Notes under the pieces: generated by a model
The model's database searches: none
What the model saw: the letters and a program-made list of their open reading frames with translations, nothing else
Told to the model about the DNA's origin: nothing
DNA from: Azolla caroliniana
Taxonomy: Eukaryota > Plantae > Polypodiophyta
Length of the DNA: 64,000 nt
Direction: 5' to 3'
NCBI GenBank assembly: GCA_043228905.1
Contig: JBHGNT010000010.1
Span: forward strand, 10,478,001 to 10,542,000
Part shown: positions 11,065 to 24,800 of the stretch, piece by piece
Numbering within the stretch: the stretch's first letter is position 1
How the letters are laid out: every line of letters begins with the position of its first letter
Program-made: the position numbers and the translations under genes

Positions 11065-13920
11065 CTACAAACGGCTATTTTTCCGTCTACGTCGTCGTTG
11101 TCGCCGTCTCCGTCGTCTATTGTCGTTGCCACCTTCGGCCGAGGAAACAAGAGAGTGCATCTTCTTGATAAAGTTGTGGTCGTGCGATTGTATGTGGCAC
11201 GCGAGGTCTTTTTTCTTTTGGGCGGGTTGATTGTGAGCTCAAGAAGTGAATGATGTGGATGAGACATCCACCTATGCTCGGCTAAGTTTTTATGTCCTTT
11301 CCGTCCTTTTCTTTTTCTTCTATCTTTTGAATTACAACATGACTTCTAAATGAACTAAAGACCATAAGGAAACACACGAAGAAACTATAAGTAAGGAAGA
11401 ATTCTTAGATGTCTTTAACCGTTTAGTTAAAATAGAAAAATGGGCAAAAGAGATCGAATCTCAAAAGCAAAAAGATAAGGAAGAAAAAGAGATGCTTATA
11501 GCTGAAATGCGAAACTCAAAATAGAAAACATGAACCTTCAGAAACAATTTAATGACCTCGAGACCTCTAGGGAAGATGGTGAAATATCCTCCCTAGAGGG
11601 TATTAAGGACAAGATTAAAAAGGTTAAGGAAGAGGTAAGAAGCGACATGGAATTAGTGAAAACCGGTTGGGTCGATGTAGTAAAATGTAACATTAAAAAG
11701 GAACTAGAGGATGAAAATATTGTAAACACTACCCTTGAGGAAGAGAAAATGAGTCAAGCTGGACGCCTAAATGTACATGTCACTAGGCTCAAGGAAGGGG
11801 CATCTCCCGACGAAGATGCATAAACACTCTAGAAAATGTTAGGGTACACAAAGGCCCTACCAATCACCAAACCTTGGAGGGTCGGACGTGACACTACTAG
11901 GAAGAGAGCTTTAGTCCTTCAGTTTAAAGACTTGGAATCTAGAATCACAATTTTTAAGAAGAGACCTATTCTTTGAGGATTAGGCGGGAACCCTATCTAC
12001 CTAGATGAATACCTCACCAAGATGCAAATTGAGCACCGTAAAACTTGTATGCCGCAAGTTGTGCAAGCTCATAAAGAAGGGTATCGCGCCTTTTACCGAG
12101 ATAGATGAGTGATAATAAATGATCGTCCGCCAATTGATGGTGCGTGGCCCATGTGATAGACAATAAAATTAGGATGACTTTATGGAATTGTAATGTTGCA
12201 CTTTGGACACACCCTGGCCGTCTAGAGGAGATTTTGAAAGTATCTGATATACTTTTCTTAGTAGAAACACATCAAAACCCAAATAGAGGACTGCCACTAG
12301 TTGAAGGTATTCATTGGGAATTTGTCTTTAGAAAAACCTCACATCGACACACTACTAGAGGGTTTGGAGGGGTTGCAATACTATTTCGGAGAGAGATACA
12401 TAAGAGGATAGAAATACTAAAGACTGACCCAAAAGCCCGTTTTATGTGGGTGAAAGTCCTCACTAGCAAGGATCAGACAATATTTATCGCCATTTGTTAC
12501 TTCCCCCCGAAAGGATCCTGATATAATATGGCTGGAGAGGCGAGTATAGTTGATGAAGGAGCGCCACTTGCGCCTTCTCCATACAAACCTTTATCGGATG
12601 TCATAATCCAATATTCTTCTCAAGGGGAGGTCTTCCTCGTAGGAGATTTCAATGCGAGAACCCAATCCTGACAATGCACAATATTTCAGATGGATAGAAA
12701 CGTAGAAATGGTGAATGTCGACCCTTTAGCCATATGCATCACACATAGATCAAAAGATCAAAGTGCGGAAGCCACAAGCTTTGGCCATCATCTGCTTGAA
12801 CTTGGAAGTCGACACCAAATGACCATATATAATGGTTTAGCCAAGTGGTCGGGCTTAGAAATGCTCACATGGAGGAGGGGAAAGCACAATTGATTACCTA
12901 ATAGACCTAATTAAGACGCCTTGAAGCTACCCACGTGATTAACTCCTTCCGGGTGGCCCTATGCCCTATTAGTGAAGACCATAGCTGTCATGATGACACT
13001 CACATCATGCCCCGAAAGGATTTGAACCCACGACCTTGTTGTGCACATGTCAAATCCTTAACCATTGTATTAATATTCTTATGTGTATAGTTTTTATAAT
13101 ATATATTCTAATATCATAGGAATATTCTATATTACTCTACATTCTAGAATAACCTATACACTAGAACCTTCTTGAAACTTTCAAGATTACTCTACATTCT
13201 AGGATGGACCCGAATTTGAGGTTGCTGCCATTCTCGATTCTAAAATCGTGCGCAACAAGTTGTATTACTTGGTCAATTGGCTAGGCTATACCCCCAATGA
13301 TCGAACTTGGGAACCTACCGCAAATCTTTCCAATGCTATGGATATGGTCACTTAATTTTATTGCCAATATCCTCGTAAATCAGGTCCTAATACAAACCCT
13401 ACGACACGTGAGAAGGGGGATAGTGTCATGATGACACTCACATCATGCTTCGAAAGGATTTGAAGCTTTTCCCACGACCTTGTTGTACACATGTCAAATC
13501 CTTAACCATTTTATTAATATTCTTATATGTATAGTTTTTAGAATATATAATCTAATATCATAGGAATATTCTATATTACTCTACATTCTAGAATAACCTA
13601 GAATATTCTAGAGTGTTCTATACACTAGAACCTTCTAGATTACTCTACATTCTAGGATGACCTAGAATATTCTAGAGTGTTCTTTATTACTTATAAATAG
13701 GGATCTATCAATCATCCCAAACCTAAATTGGTTCAACGCCATTTTGTAGCACTCTATTGCCTACTCCTTGTAATCCATTTTACTCTACAATACAATGTTT
13801 CCCTTTCTCTCTCTCTCTCTCTCTCTGTCTTGACAGTTTAAACCTTTTTTTTTGTCATTTCTTCCTCTTCCACAAACCCTAACAAGTTCTCTTCTTCCTT
13901 CTCCTCTCCCCTCGTAAGCT

Positions 13921-16860
13921 ATGGAGTCCGTGAGCAAACCGGAGTATATGCGTGTTCTTTCTGAGCTCGACATGCTCACGAATAAATTTGTGGCATTAGA
14001 GCATGAAACTCAAAGGCTACTTGGAGACCTACAACATGTCAGCGCCGAAAAAGCTCAACAGTAAGAAGAATTATCACAACGGGTTCACCAACTCGAGACA
14101 ACTATATTACCATTACGAGAACAAACGTCAAGGGCTCAAAACTCCCCTAAAGAACCAAAGATTAGCCTCCCCACCAAGTTTGATGGTACAAGGTCTTTAT
14201 TTCGAGGCTTTTTGAATCAAATTCATCTGGTTATTCAGCTACATCCCAATCAGTATCCATCTGACGTTGCTCGTGTGGGATTAGTGGGAACTTTGCTATG
14301 CGGTATGACGTTAGCATGGTTCGCACCACTTCTCGAGAAGAAATCGTCGTTGCTAGAGGATTTCGAGGCATTTGTTAAGGAGTTTCAAGCTAGTTTCGGA
14401 GAGACTGACAACACTAGGACAACGATAAACAAGATTCAAAGGCTCCGACAAGGAGATCGTCTCGCGTCGGCTTATGCAGTTGATTTTCGTCTCTTGGCAT
14501 GCGATATCCCTTGGGATGAGGCAGCCTTAATGGATAAATTCCGTCAAGGTTTGTGAAATGATGTCAAAGATCTTCTTCTTACTTTCCCTGGAGATTCAAA
14601 GTCACTTACAGAGGCCATTAGTCGAGCCGTGCAATGTGATAATCGCCTATTTGAGCGACGCTCTGAGCGCCAACAAATGTTATGCCGCCAACCAGAACAA
14701 CCTTACACTTCCATAGTCGCAATGCCTCCACAAGTTTCCAGACCTATTGCAAGGGATGACCCAACTTTGATGGAAATAGAGTCAACACAACATCGTGGTC
14801 CTTTATCAGATGTTGAGAAGCAATGTTGTCAAGCGCATCGCCTATGCCTATATTGTGGCGGTCCAGGACATATAGTTGTAAATTGTCCACATAAACCTCG
14901 ACGTCAAGTATACCAAGTAAGTGCCCATGACAACCCTACTTCGAGTTCCATTGTTACTTCTAATAACAGAAGTAAGCCTCATAGTCCATGCCATGAAAAT
15001 AGATTTGATGTCTTGAGCCAATTAGAGGATGTGAGGAAGGGGGGAACGAGGCCATGTTCGTCTTCACAATAGTAGCAAATCCATCATCCACTTTACATGA
15101 AGCGGACATTAAACTACCAGAGAAATACAAAGAGTTCTCTGATGTCTTTGATAAGGTGAAGGCCAATACATTGCCGGAGCATCGGCCATACGACTACCCT
15201 ATTGACTTACAACTAGGGAAAGAACCTCAATGGGGCCCAATTTATACTCTCTCCCCTGTAGAGCTAGAGACTTTGTGGGAATATATTCATGAGAATTTGG
15301 CAAACGGGTTCATTTGGAATTCTAGATCCCCTGCGGGCGCACCTATCTTCTTCGTCAAGAAAAAGAATGGGACTCTTTGGTTGGTTGTGGATTATTGAGG
15401 GCTAAACAAAGTGACTATTTGGAATAGATATGCTCTACCATTAATCCCGAATCTTTTGGAACATCTCAATGGAGTAAAATATTTCACAAAGTTAGACATT
15501 CGCGGTGCATATAATCTAGTTCGGATTCACCTGGGGGATGAATGGAAGTCATCTTTTCGCACTCGTTATGGACATTTTGAGTATATTGTGATGCCATTTG
15601 GTCTCACGGATGCACTTGCAGTTTTCCAACATATGGTGAATGATATTTTTCAAGATTTTCTCGATATCTTCACTATAGTTTACCTGGATGATATTCTAAT
15701 CTACTTGAAGACCCAAGCGAAGCATGATGAACTTGTTCGTCAGGTAATGTGTCGACTCTGAGAATATGGTCTCTACACAAAATTAGAAAAGTGTAGTTTT
15801 GGCCAGAATCAAGTGGAATTTTTGGGGTATGTTGTATCATCAAATGATATTGCTATGGACCCCATGAAGGTACAAGCAATTTTAGAGTTGCAAATGCCCC
15901 TTAGGTGATCTTGTTACACAGGAGGTATTTAGGCATCATGGTCTTCCGCATGATATTATTAGTGATCGTGGTCCACAATTCATCTCAAAGTTTTGGAAGC
16001 ACATGTTCAAACTTCTCCACATTTCGGTTAAGCTTTCTTTGGGCTATCATCCCGAGAATAATGGCCAAATTGAGCATACCAACCAGACTTTAGAGCAATA
16101 TCTTCGTTGTTTCATCAACTATCAACAAGATGATTGGGTTGATGTTTTGCACTTGGCTGAATTCGCTTACAACAACTCAACCCATTCTTCTATAGGATAT
16201 TCCCCATTTTTTGCAAATACAGGTTGTCATCCTCTGTGGATGATGAATGCGCATCCACACGTTCCTACCAACCCTGATGTCGAGGATCGTCTTAGTCGCC
16301 TCCAAGAAATTCACGCTACCATTCTCCACAATTTTCATGATGCTCAAGTTACACACAAGAGGCTTGCGGATCATCATCGCCTAGACTCCTCAAAAAAGTT
16401 CCCCGTTGGGGATTATGTATGGCTTCTCCGACACAACATCAAGAACACTCGGCCTTGTAGTAAATTGGATTACCAATGTTTTGGCCCTTACATGATCATT
16501 GGTAAGATAAGTGATGTTTCATTTCGTCTTGGCCTCCCTCCACACATGCGTCTTCATCTAGTGTTTCATGTATCCCTTTTGGAACCTTATACTGCAACTT
16601 CAATTCTGGGCCGTCTTATGACACCCCCACCACCTGTTGAGTTTTTGGATGGACCCGAATTTGAGGTTGCTGCCATTCTCGATTCTAAAATCGTGCACAA
16701 CAAGCTGTATTACTTGGTCGATTGGCTAGGCTATACCCCCAATGATCGAACTTGGGAACCTGCCGCAAATCTTTCCAATGCTACAGATATGGTCACTGAA
16801 TTTTATTGCCAATATCCTCGTAAATCAGGTCCTAATACAAACCCTACGACACGTGAGAAG
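13921..16860 (+). pseudogene. Gypsy A gag, RT, partial integrase and chromodomain
   Basis: Gag LRQG and CLYCGGPGHIVVNC; [11 protein letters not shown]; IN HPENNGQIEHTNQTLEQYLR, GPY; chromodomain FEVAAILD..YYLVDWLGY..TWEP; premature stops. Confidence 0.92.
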
Positions 16861-16990
16861 GGGGATAGTGTCAGGATGACACTCACATCATGCCTCGAAA
16901 GGATTTGAACCCACGACCTTGTTGTACACATGTCAAAACTTTAACCATTTTATTAATATTCTTATATGTATAGTTTTTAGAATATATAAT

Positions 16991-19900
16991 TGTTGAGCGG
17001 CAAGCTCAATTGGAGCCGGATCGGCCGAATAAGCTTGAGCCAGTGAGCGAGACGGATCGGTGAGTCGGTGAGCACCCGGTGAGCAAAAGAGCCGGTGAGC
17101 TAGGGAGCCGGTTAGCCGGATCCATCAGTAACTGGAAGCCTAGTAGCAGCTAGACTACTAGGGAGTCAATACTCTCGTAGTTAGTGTCAGACACTCGAGT
17201 GAGCATTGAAGTACACCGTACTTCTGTCAGTCCATATGGACTTGTATAAAAGTGTTCGCTGAACACATACTATGTACATAGTGTTGATATAATTTTTGAA
17301 TAGTGATTCTTATTCTACTCTCTCTGTCTCTCCCACATACTGTTAAGCTCTCCATTAAACCTATTCTCTGTTTTCTGTTTTCTATTGCTTCTGCACGCTA
17401 TTTGTTTTTACATGGTATCAAAGCATGAGGGTTGAGAACCTCTGCAGCCGACATTCGCTTTCGCAAGAAGAAAACCTAACCTTTGTAAAGAACAAAAAAA
17501 AAAACAATGGATAGAGGAATTGCCAGCTTGCTTCCGGTGGAGAAGCTCGACAAATCTAACTACGCATCTTGGTCATACAAGGTGCACTAGTACCTGCTTG
17601 GGCATGGTTACTGGAGCTATGTCGATGGAGCTAACGACACAGCACCTGATGTGTCACACAAGGACTTCCCAGTGTAGGAACAATCGGCAAGTAGAGTGAT
17701 GTACTGCTTTGTGTCCAGTGTCGGAGACCAGCTGCTAAGCCACATCCGAGATGCCAAGACGCCGAAAGAGGCTTGGGGAAACCTGAAGAAGGTGTTCGCC
17801 GCAAGCACTAAAACCCGGAAGCTGCAACTCTGACAGGAGTTGAGCAATGTCTGGCAGAAGGACATGTCGGTGGCTGATTACACGGCCCGAATCAAAGAGA
17901 TCTGTGACTCGCTTGCTTCTATCAACGTCACGGTAGAGGAAGACGAGATGGTATAGGTCTGTCTTGGGGGCCTGACGTCTAAGTTCTGAGCTTTCCGGAC
18001 AATTATATGTACGAGGGAGAATACGCCGTCATTTTTCGACTTACAGTCGATGCTCCTTGTAGAGGAGAACCACGCCGGTGCGTCAACAAGTGCACCCACT
18101 GACAGCCGGATGCTGTACACGGAGGCCGATCGGCCCCGTGGGCGTGGTGCACGAGGCAGGCAGGTTGGCACGCAATGGAGGCGGCTAGCAAGGCCAAGAC
18201 CGACAACATAGAGACCATGCCGACAATAGTTCCGGGACTTCCACAAGCAAGGGGAGTCAAGGTGGAGCCGGAGGCCGACAAGACAAATCCACCACGAAAT
18301 GCTGGTACTGTGGCAAAAAGGGTCACAGAGAAAGTGAGTGCTGGAAGAAGCGCGCCGATTCGGACAGATCTGGATCCGGCAAAACCGGTCGGGAGAATCG
18401 GCAAAGATCGCACTACACGCAAGGATCGAAAGGATCCGGAACCGGGAAGACCGGTAAGGGGCCAGCCTTGGTGATGAAACATGAGGCTAACTCGATGAAG
18501 AAGACCACTTCCAAATCAGAGGAAGTGTGGTACGTTGATTCCGGTGCGTCAAATCACATGACGAACCACAAAGAGTGGTTCTCCTTCTTGGAGAAACCGG
18601 AATAATCGGGAATTGTCGAAACCGGAGACGACACTCCTCACCCAATCGTGCATGTCGGAGAAGTTCCCCTGAGCCACGTTGGACAGAGGGGGAAGCTGAT
18701 GAACGTATTACACGTTCCGACTATCACGAAGAACCAGGTGTTGGTCGGACAGATCGTCGACCAGGGAATGCAGGTGCGGTTTACGCACCTCGGGTGCTTC
18801 ATCGAGGAGGGCCAGATTATCGCGCAAGGGCGCAAGGGCGGCAATCAAAGGCCAACACAGAATGCTAGTACTGTGGTAAAAAGGGCCACAGAGAAAGCGA
18901 GTGCTAGAAGAAGCGTGCTGATTTAGACAGATCCGGATCCGGCAAGGCTGGCAGAGAGAACCGGCAAACTCGCACTACGCAAAAGGATCGAGAGGATCCA
19001 AAACCGGGAAAGCCGGTAAAGGGCTAGGCTAGCCTTGGTGATGAAACACGAGGCTAACTCGATGAAGAAGACCACTTCCAAATCGGAGGAAGTGTGGTAC
19101 GTTGATTCTGTTGCGTCGAATCACATGACGAGCCACGAAGAGTTGAGTGGGCCGAACGAGAGACTAGGTCAATCTGACCAGTCGAATGAGGAACCAATGA
19201 GTAATGAAGACTCTATCGTGCTCTCCCCACGCAAGGAACCGAGAAGACGGTTCACGCACAAAGAGAAGGGGAAGAAGAAGATGTCGGAATATGAAACCGA
19301 TAATGACGAGTCGGATCAGAGCGGATCCGACTCCGGAAAGGAAAATGACGGTTCTTCGGCACCGAAGACCGAACCGGCCAAGAAGGGCCTCAAACCGGGT
19401 AACGGTGGGTTACGTCGGTCAACCCGCCAGAAGGAACCTGTTAAGTGGTACGGGTACAATGAGTACATGGCACATCACTATGCGTACATGACCAAGGTGG
19501 CGGAAGTGCGTGCGCCGGAGAGCTACGCAGAAGCAACGAAGGACGCACATTGGCGTGCCGCTATGGAAGAAGAGATGCGGGCACTTGATGCCAAGGATAC
19601 ATGGGACCTGGTTGACCCTCCCTGTCACAATAAACCGATCGGATGCAAGTGGGTGTACAAGGTAAAGTACAACGCCGACGGTTCAGTTAACCAATACAAG
19701 GCCTGGTTAGTGGCAAAGGGATACGCACAGACCCACAGAATCGACTATGACGAGACCTTCACTCTAGTAGCGAAGATGACGACGGTTCATGTGGTGTTGG
19801 TGGTTGCTGCGGCAAGGGGGTGGCATCTTCACCAGATGGATGTGAAGAATGCATTTCTTCAAGGAGATATTGAAGAAGAGGTCTTTATGATTTAACCCCC

Positions 19901-21833
19901 CAGTTTCCAGACGGAGATGAACAAGTCGGCGGTATGCTGATTGAAGAAGTCACTTTATGGCCTAAAGCAAGCCCCCCGAGCTTAGAATGCGAAGATCATG
20001 CACCGGTTGCGTAAGATGGGGTTTGCGGCCTCCAAGTCCGACTCTTCGTTGTTCATCCGGCAAGGTCTGGATGGTCCGGTTTGCATCTTGTTGTATGTTG
20101 ATGATCTGGTCATCACCGGACCCGGACTCGATGAAATCAGCCGAGTCAAGTCCTAGTTGTCGGATGCGTTTGAGATGAAGTACTTGGGGGACCTTCATTA
20201 TTTTCTTGGGATCGAGGTGATCTGAACCCTCGACGGCATATTGCTCTCACAAAGGCACTATGTGTTGAATATGCTGTACAAGTTCGGTATGACAGAATGC
20301 CGGCCTGTCTCTACACCCTTTTATCGGAACTAGAAGTTCTGTCCCAACTCCGGACCGGCCTACAATGAGAAACGGTTCCGACAAATTGTCGGAAGCCTTA
20401 TATATTTGACCATCACTCGACCCGACATCAGCTATCCGGTCGGTGTGATTAGCCAATTCATGCAGAAGCTGACCGTAGATCATCTTCAGTGCGTGCACCG
20501 AATACTGCGGTATGTGAGCGGCACGAAGGACCGGGGACTGTTATACCGGCGAGGTATAACCGAAGAGCTGGTCGGCTACACAGATGCCGATTGGGACGGC
20601 AATGCATCAGATCACCGATCAACCTCCGGTTATATGTTTTCCCTAGGTAGTGCGGTTGTTGCGTGGAGCAGCAAAAAGTAGCCAACAGTTGCTCTGTCGA
20701 GCACTGAGGCTGAGTATCGGGGCGCTATTGTTGCCACTTGTGAAGCCATTTGGCTTCGGCGACTGCTGCAAGACCTACGGATCGAGGTACTGACCCCGAT
20801 TCTGATCTACTGCGACAACATAAGCAGCTTGCAGCTCGCCAAGAACCCCGTATTCCATACTCACACAAAGCACATAGAAGTGCACTATCACTTCGTGCGT
20901 GAGCGTGTCCTGAGTGGTCAGGTTGAACTCCGGTATGTTCACACGGATCGGCAAATTGCCAACATCTTCACCAAACCACTTGGATAAGACAAGTTGCAGC
21001 ACTTCATCGAAATGCTTAGTGTTCAGTATCTCGACGTGCCACACTTGAGGGGGAGAATGGGCAAAAACACCGAAACGTGCAAAGGCAAAGAGACTGCCGA
21101 TTGCACCGGTGAGGGAAGAACTGATAAAGGGAGAGACAAGAAGAAGAAAGGAGCCGAGTCGACAAAGGAAGTCGACACATCCGAACAAGTCGGAACAAGT
21201 GGCAGCGGCGATAGAGTCAAGAAGGACAGAGCTGACCGAAGGGAAGGCCAAAACCCAGACATGGTCCGATGTGGTAAAGGGCCTTGAATCGGAAAACGAA
21301 TCGGGAGCGACCGATTTGGACAAGAGCTGGAATGACTCGAAGACAGTCAATTCGGTTCAACAGACAGATTCAGAAGGACCAGATCAATTCAAGGCCAAAA
21401 GGACGAGAAGGTGTTAGGAGACAGGTCCCTCCGGATGGGAAGTGAGAAGAACAGTGTTGATGAGCAACTCGGCCTCGGCCGAATCCAGATGTGGAGTACC
21501 CAGCAACGGAAGACCCAGTGAGAACCAGATGACGAGTATCTGGCAACGGAAGACCCGGTGAGAACCGGATGTGGAGTACCCAGCTACGGAAGACCCGGTG
21601 AGAACCAGATGATGAGTACCCAGCAAGAGCCGGATGGTGAAGGCCCGGTGAGAAGTGCTCACCGGATGAAGGGACATATTCGTAAATATGTTTTCTGAGA
21701 GTGCATTGGGGCTATATTTGTAAATAGCCGAAAAGTCATATTAGTATAAATATGACTTAGGGCAAACTTAGTATGTGCTGCTGTTTTTTTTTTTGTCATT
21801 CTTTTGGCGTAAGATTAGAGCGCAACAGTGTAC

Positions 21834-21867
<34 letters not shown>

Positions 21868-24800
21868 AGAGACGAATAGTTTATATCTGTGTTGTAACCG
21901 CCGCCAATGGCGAAGACAGTGAACAAGAGGTCCTTGCCTCCGTATTCATCAATTGTATATTGTTACATAGTGATAGTTAGTAGTTAGTGGACTGCCGTGG
22001 TTTTTCCCGTGTTTGGGTTTTCCACGTCCTGTACTCTTCTCTCCATTGTGTCGTGCATTCATTCCCATTTTCTGTGTTTGATTCTAATCTTGGTTGTGGC
22101 CGAGTGTTGTTCATCGGGAGCGTGTATTCCTGACAAAGTGGTATCAGAGCAAAACGACACAAAAAATGGACGAATCGTGGGGCGACATGTTCAAGCTCAC
22201 CGGCTCCAGCTATTCAGTGTGAAAGTCGAAGATGAGGGACATGCTCGTGGTTAAAGATCTTTGGTTGCCGGTTCAGTTCGGGGACAAGAGACCGGACAAA
22301 ATCGACGCCACAATATGGGAGGTGATGCACATGAAGACAACGGCGTACATACGGTGCTTCATCGACATGAGTCTATCCAACAACTTCAATGAAGACAGCA
22401 AGGCTCATGAGCTCTGGGAGAAGATCGGCATTATGTTTCATAACAAAAATGCTGTTAATCAGGTTGTATTTCGGAAGCTAGTAAGACTCTGGTACCAAGA
22501 TGGCTGCATCATGGTGGAGCACATGAATGCCTTCTAGGGGTTGATCCACCAGGCAACATCATTGGAAGTGCCTCTCGCCGACGAGGTACTAGCACTACTC
22601 CTGCTTGGTTCCCTCCAAGATAGCTGGGAGACGTTGGTTGTCACTTTGGGCAACGCCGGGCCGGAAGGGAAACGGTTATCCCTAGCAAGAGTGAAGTTGA
22701 GCTTGCTAGATGAGGAGGCGCGTCAGAAAGATAAGGATACGAGCTCCGACTCCAAAGCGCTCCTCACCGAATCGGAATGCAGAAGACAAAGGAACCGTAG
22801 CCCCCAGAACCGAGAAAAGTCGGGGACACGATCAAAGTCAAGGGGGAGGCCTACTTGCTTCTATTGCGGCAAGCTGGGACACTTCTAGAAGAACTGTCGG
22901 CACTTCCGAAAAGACAAGGAAACCGACGGTACCAATTCGAAGCGGACACCGGACCGGAACGGTAAAGACCGGAGGGGGCCGGACCGGAAGGGAACGATGG
23001 CAATCGCGGCAAGCGAAGAAGAGTTGATGCTCATCACCAAGGAGAGTGAGATAAACCTTGCCGGCGATGAGATGACCTGGGTGGTCGACTCCGAAGCGTC
23101 GTTCCACCTTACCCCTGACCAGAAATGCTTCTCATCCTACTCAGTCGGTGATCACGGTTGTGTCCGGGAATGAAGGTACATGCTGAATTGTCGGCATAGG
23201 AGACGTGTGGCTGACAACACCAACCGGATGCAAGATGTTGCTGAAGGATGTCTGACATGTTCCAGAGGTTCGTCTGAACCTGATATCAGCCAGTCGGCTA
23301 GATGATGATGGCTACACGGGTAACATCCGGAACGGTGTTATGAAGTTCAGCAAAGGGAGCCTGATTGTGGCTCGGGCCTAGAAGGTAAACACGTTGTACC
23401 TGATGAATGCCCGGTTATGCCCGGAAGAAGTGAACGTAGCATCCGACATTGCCGGTGAGCTGTCGCACAAGAGGCGGTGTCACATGAGCGAGAAGGGGAT
23501 GAAGAGGCTTGCAGACGACAACCTCATTCCAGTGAAGAACGTGCACTTGGAGAAGTGCACTGACTGTCTGGCCGGTAAACAAAACCAGACCTCCTTCCGA
23601 TCGAGGCCACCGATGAGAAGTAATGCACCACTGGACTTGGTGCATACTGATGTATGTCAAGTGGACACGAAGTCACATGCTGGATCGTAGTACTTCGTGA
23701 CGTTCATAGATGACCACAGTCGGAAGTTGTGGGCCACACCGTTGAAGACGAAGGATCAGGTGTTATCCGTCTTCAAAGAGCTCCACGCGAGAGTGGAAAG
23801 AGAAACCAGCCAGAAGCTGAAGGCGGTTCGAGCAGATAACGGAGGTGAATACCAGGGGCAATTCGAGGAGTATTGTCGCTCGAAGGGAATCCGGCTCGAA
23901 TTTACCATGCCAAAGACGCCGGAACTAAACGGGCTGGCCGAGAGGATGAACCGGACCATAATGGAGAGGGTCTGGAGTATGCTAGCACATGCAAAACTAC
24001 CCAAGAAGTTTTGGGCTGAGGCATTGTCGACGACAACATATGTGATAAATAGATCACCGTCAGTACCCTTGGACGGAGACACGCCACAGAGAGTCTGGAC
24101 AAGTAAGGAAGTGTCCTACCGACATCTGAAGGTATTCGGGTGTCTCGCGTACGTGCATGTAGCTAAGGACCGGAGAGGTAAGTTAGATCCAAAGACCCGG
24201 CCGTGCATATTCCTCGGTTACGGTGACGATGAATTTGGCTACCGAGTGTGGGACCTGGTCGACAAGAAGGTATTCCGGAGTCGAGATATTATCTTCATGG
24301 AGGACAAGACGCTCGCCGATTGGGAGTCGGAGAAGAAGATAATGAACCCCGAGTCGACCGGTAAGGATCAATTCTACGATGAGCAGACCCAACCGGCAAG
24401 AGACCGGTTAGCACTCGAGGAACCAGCCGGTTACGGTGAGCATACCGAACCGGTAGAAGAAGAAGTAGAGGAAGCTGAAACCGGAACTGGCCAAGACCCC
24501 AAATCGGATTCGGATGAAGAGCAAATGGAGGAGCCGATTACCGAAGCCCAAAGACGGAGATATCCTCTCAGAGAGAGAAGGGCACCCCGGAGATTTCCGG
24601 ATGCAGAGCATGTGCTGCTAACCGATGAGGGGGGGCCAGAAAGCTTCGAAGAAGCGAAGGATGACGCCCACAACCGCAAATGGTTAAGTGCCATGCAGGA
24701 TGAGATGGATTCCCTGCATGAGAACCATACGTACGAATTGGTGGAGTTGCCAAAAGGAAAGTGGGCACTCCGAAACAAGTGGGTGTACAAGTTGAAACTA

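Noticed and set aside
13007-13075. Functional tRNA genes at the tRNA-like cassettes
   Set aside because: Acceptor stems and anticodon arms do not form a full cloverleaf; only the A/B boxes and T-arm are recognisable
20775-21350. Antisense ORFs in retroelements (also 351..767, 24431..24946, 53298..53732)
   Set aside because: Shadow frames of the purine-rich TE coding strands; no independent motifs
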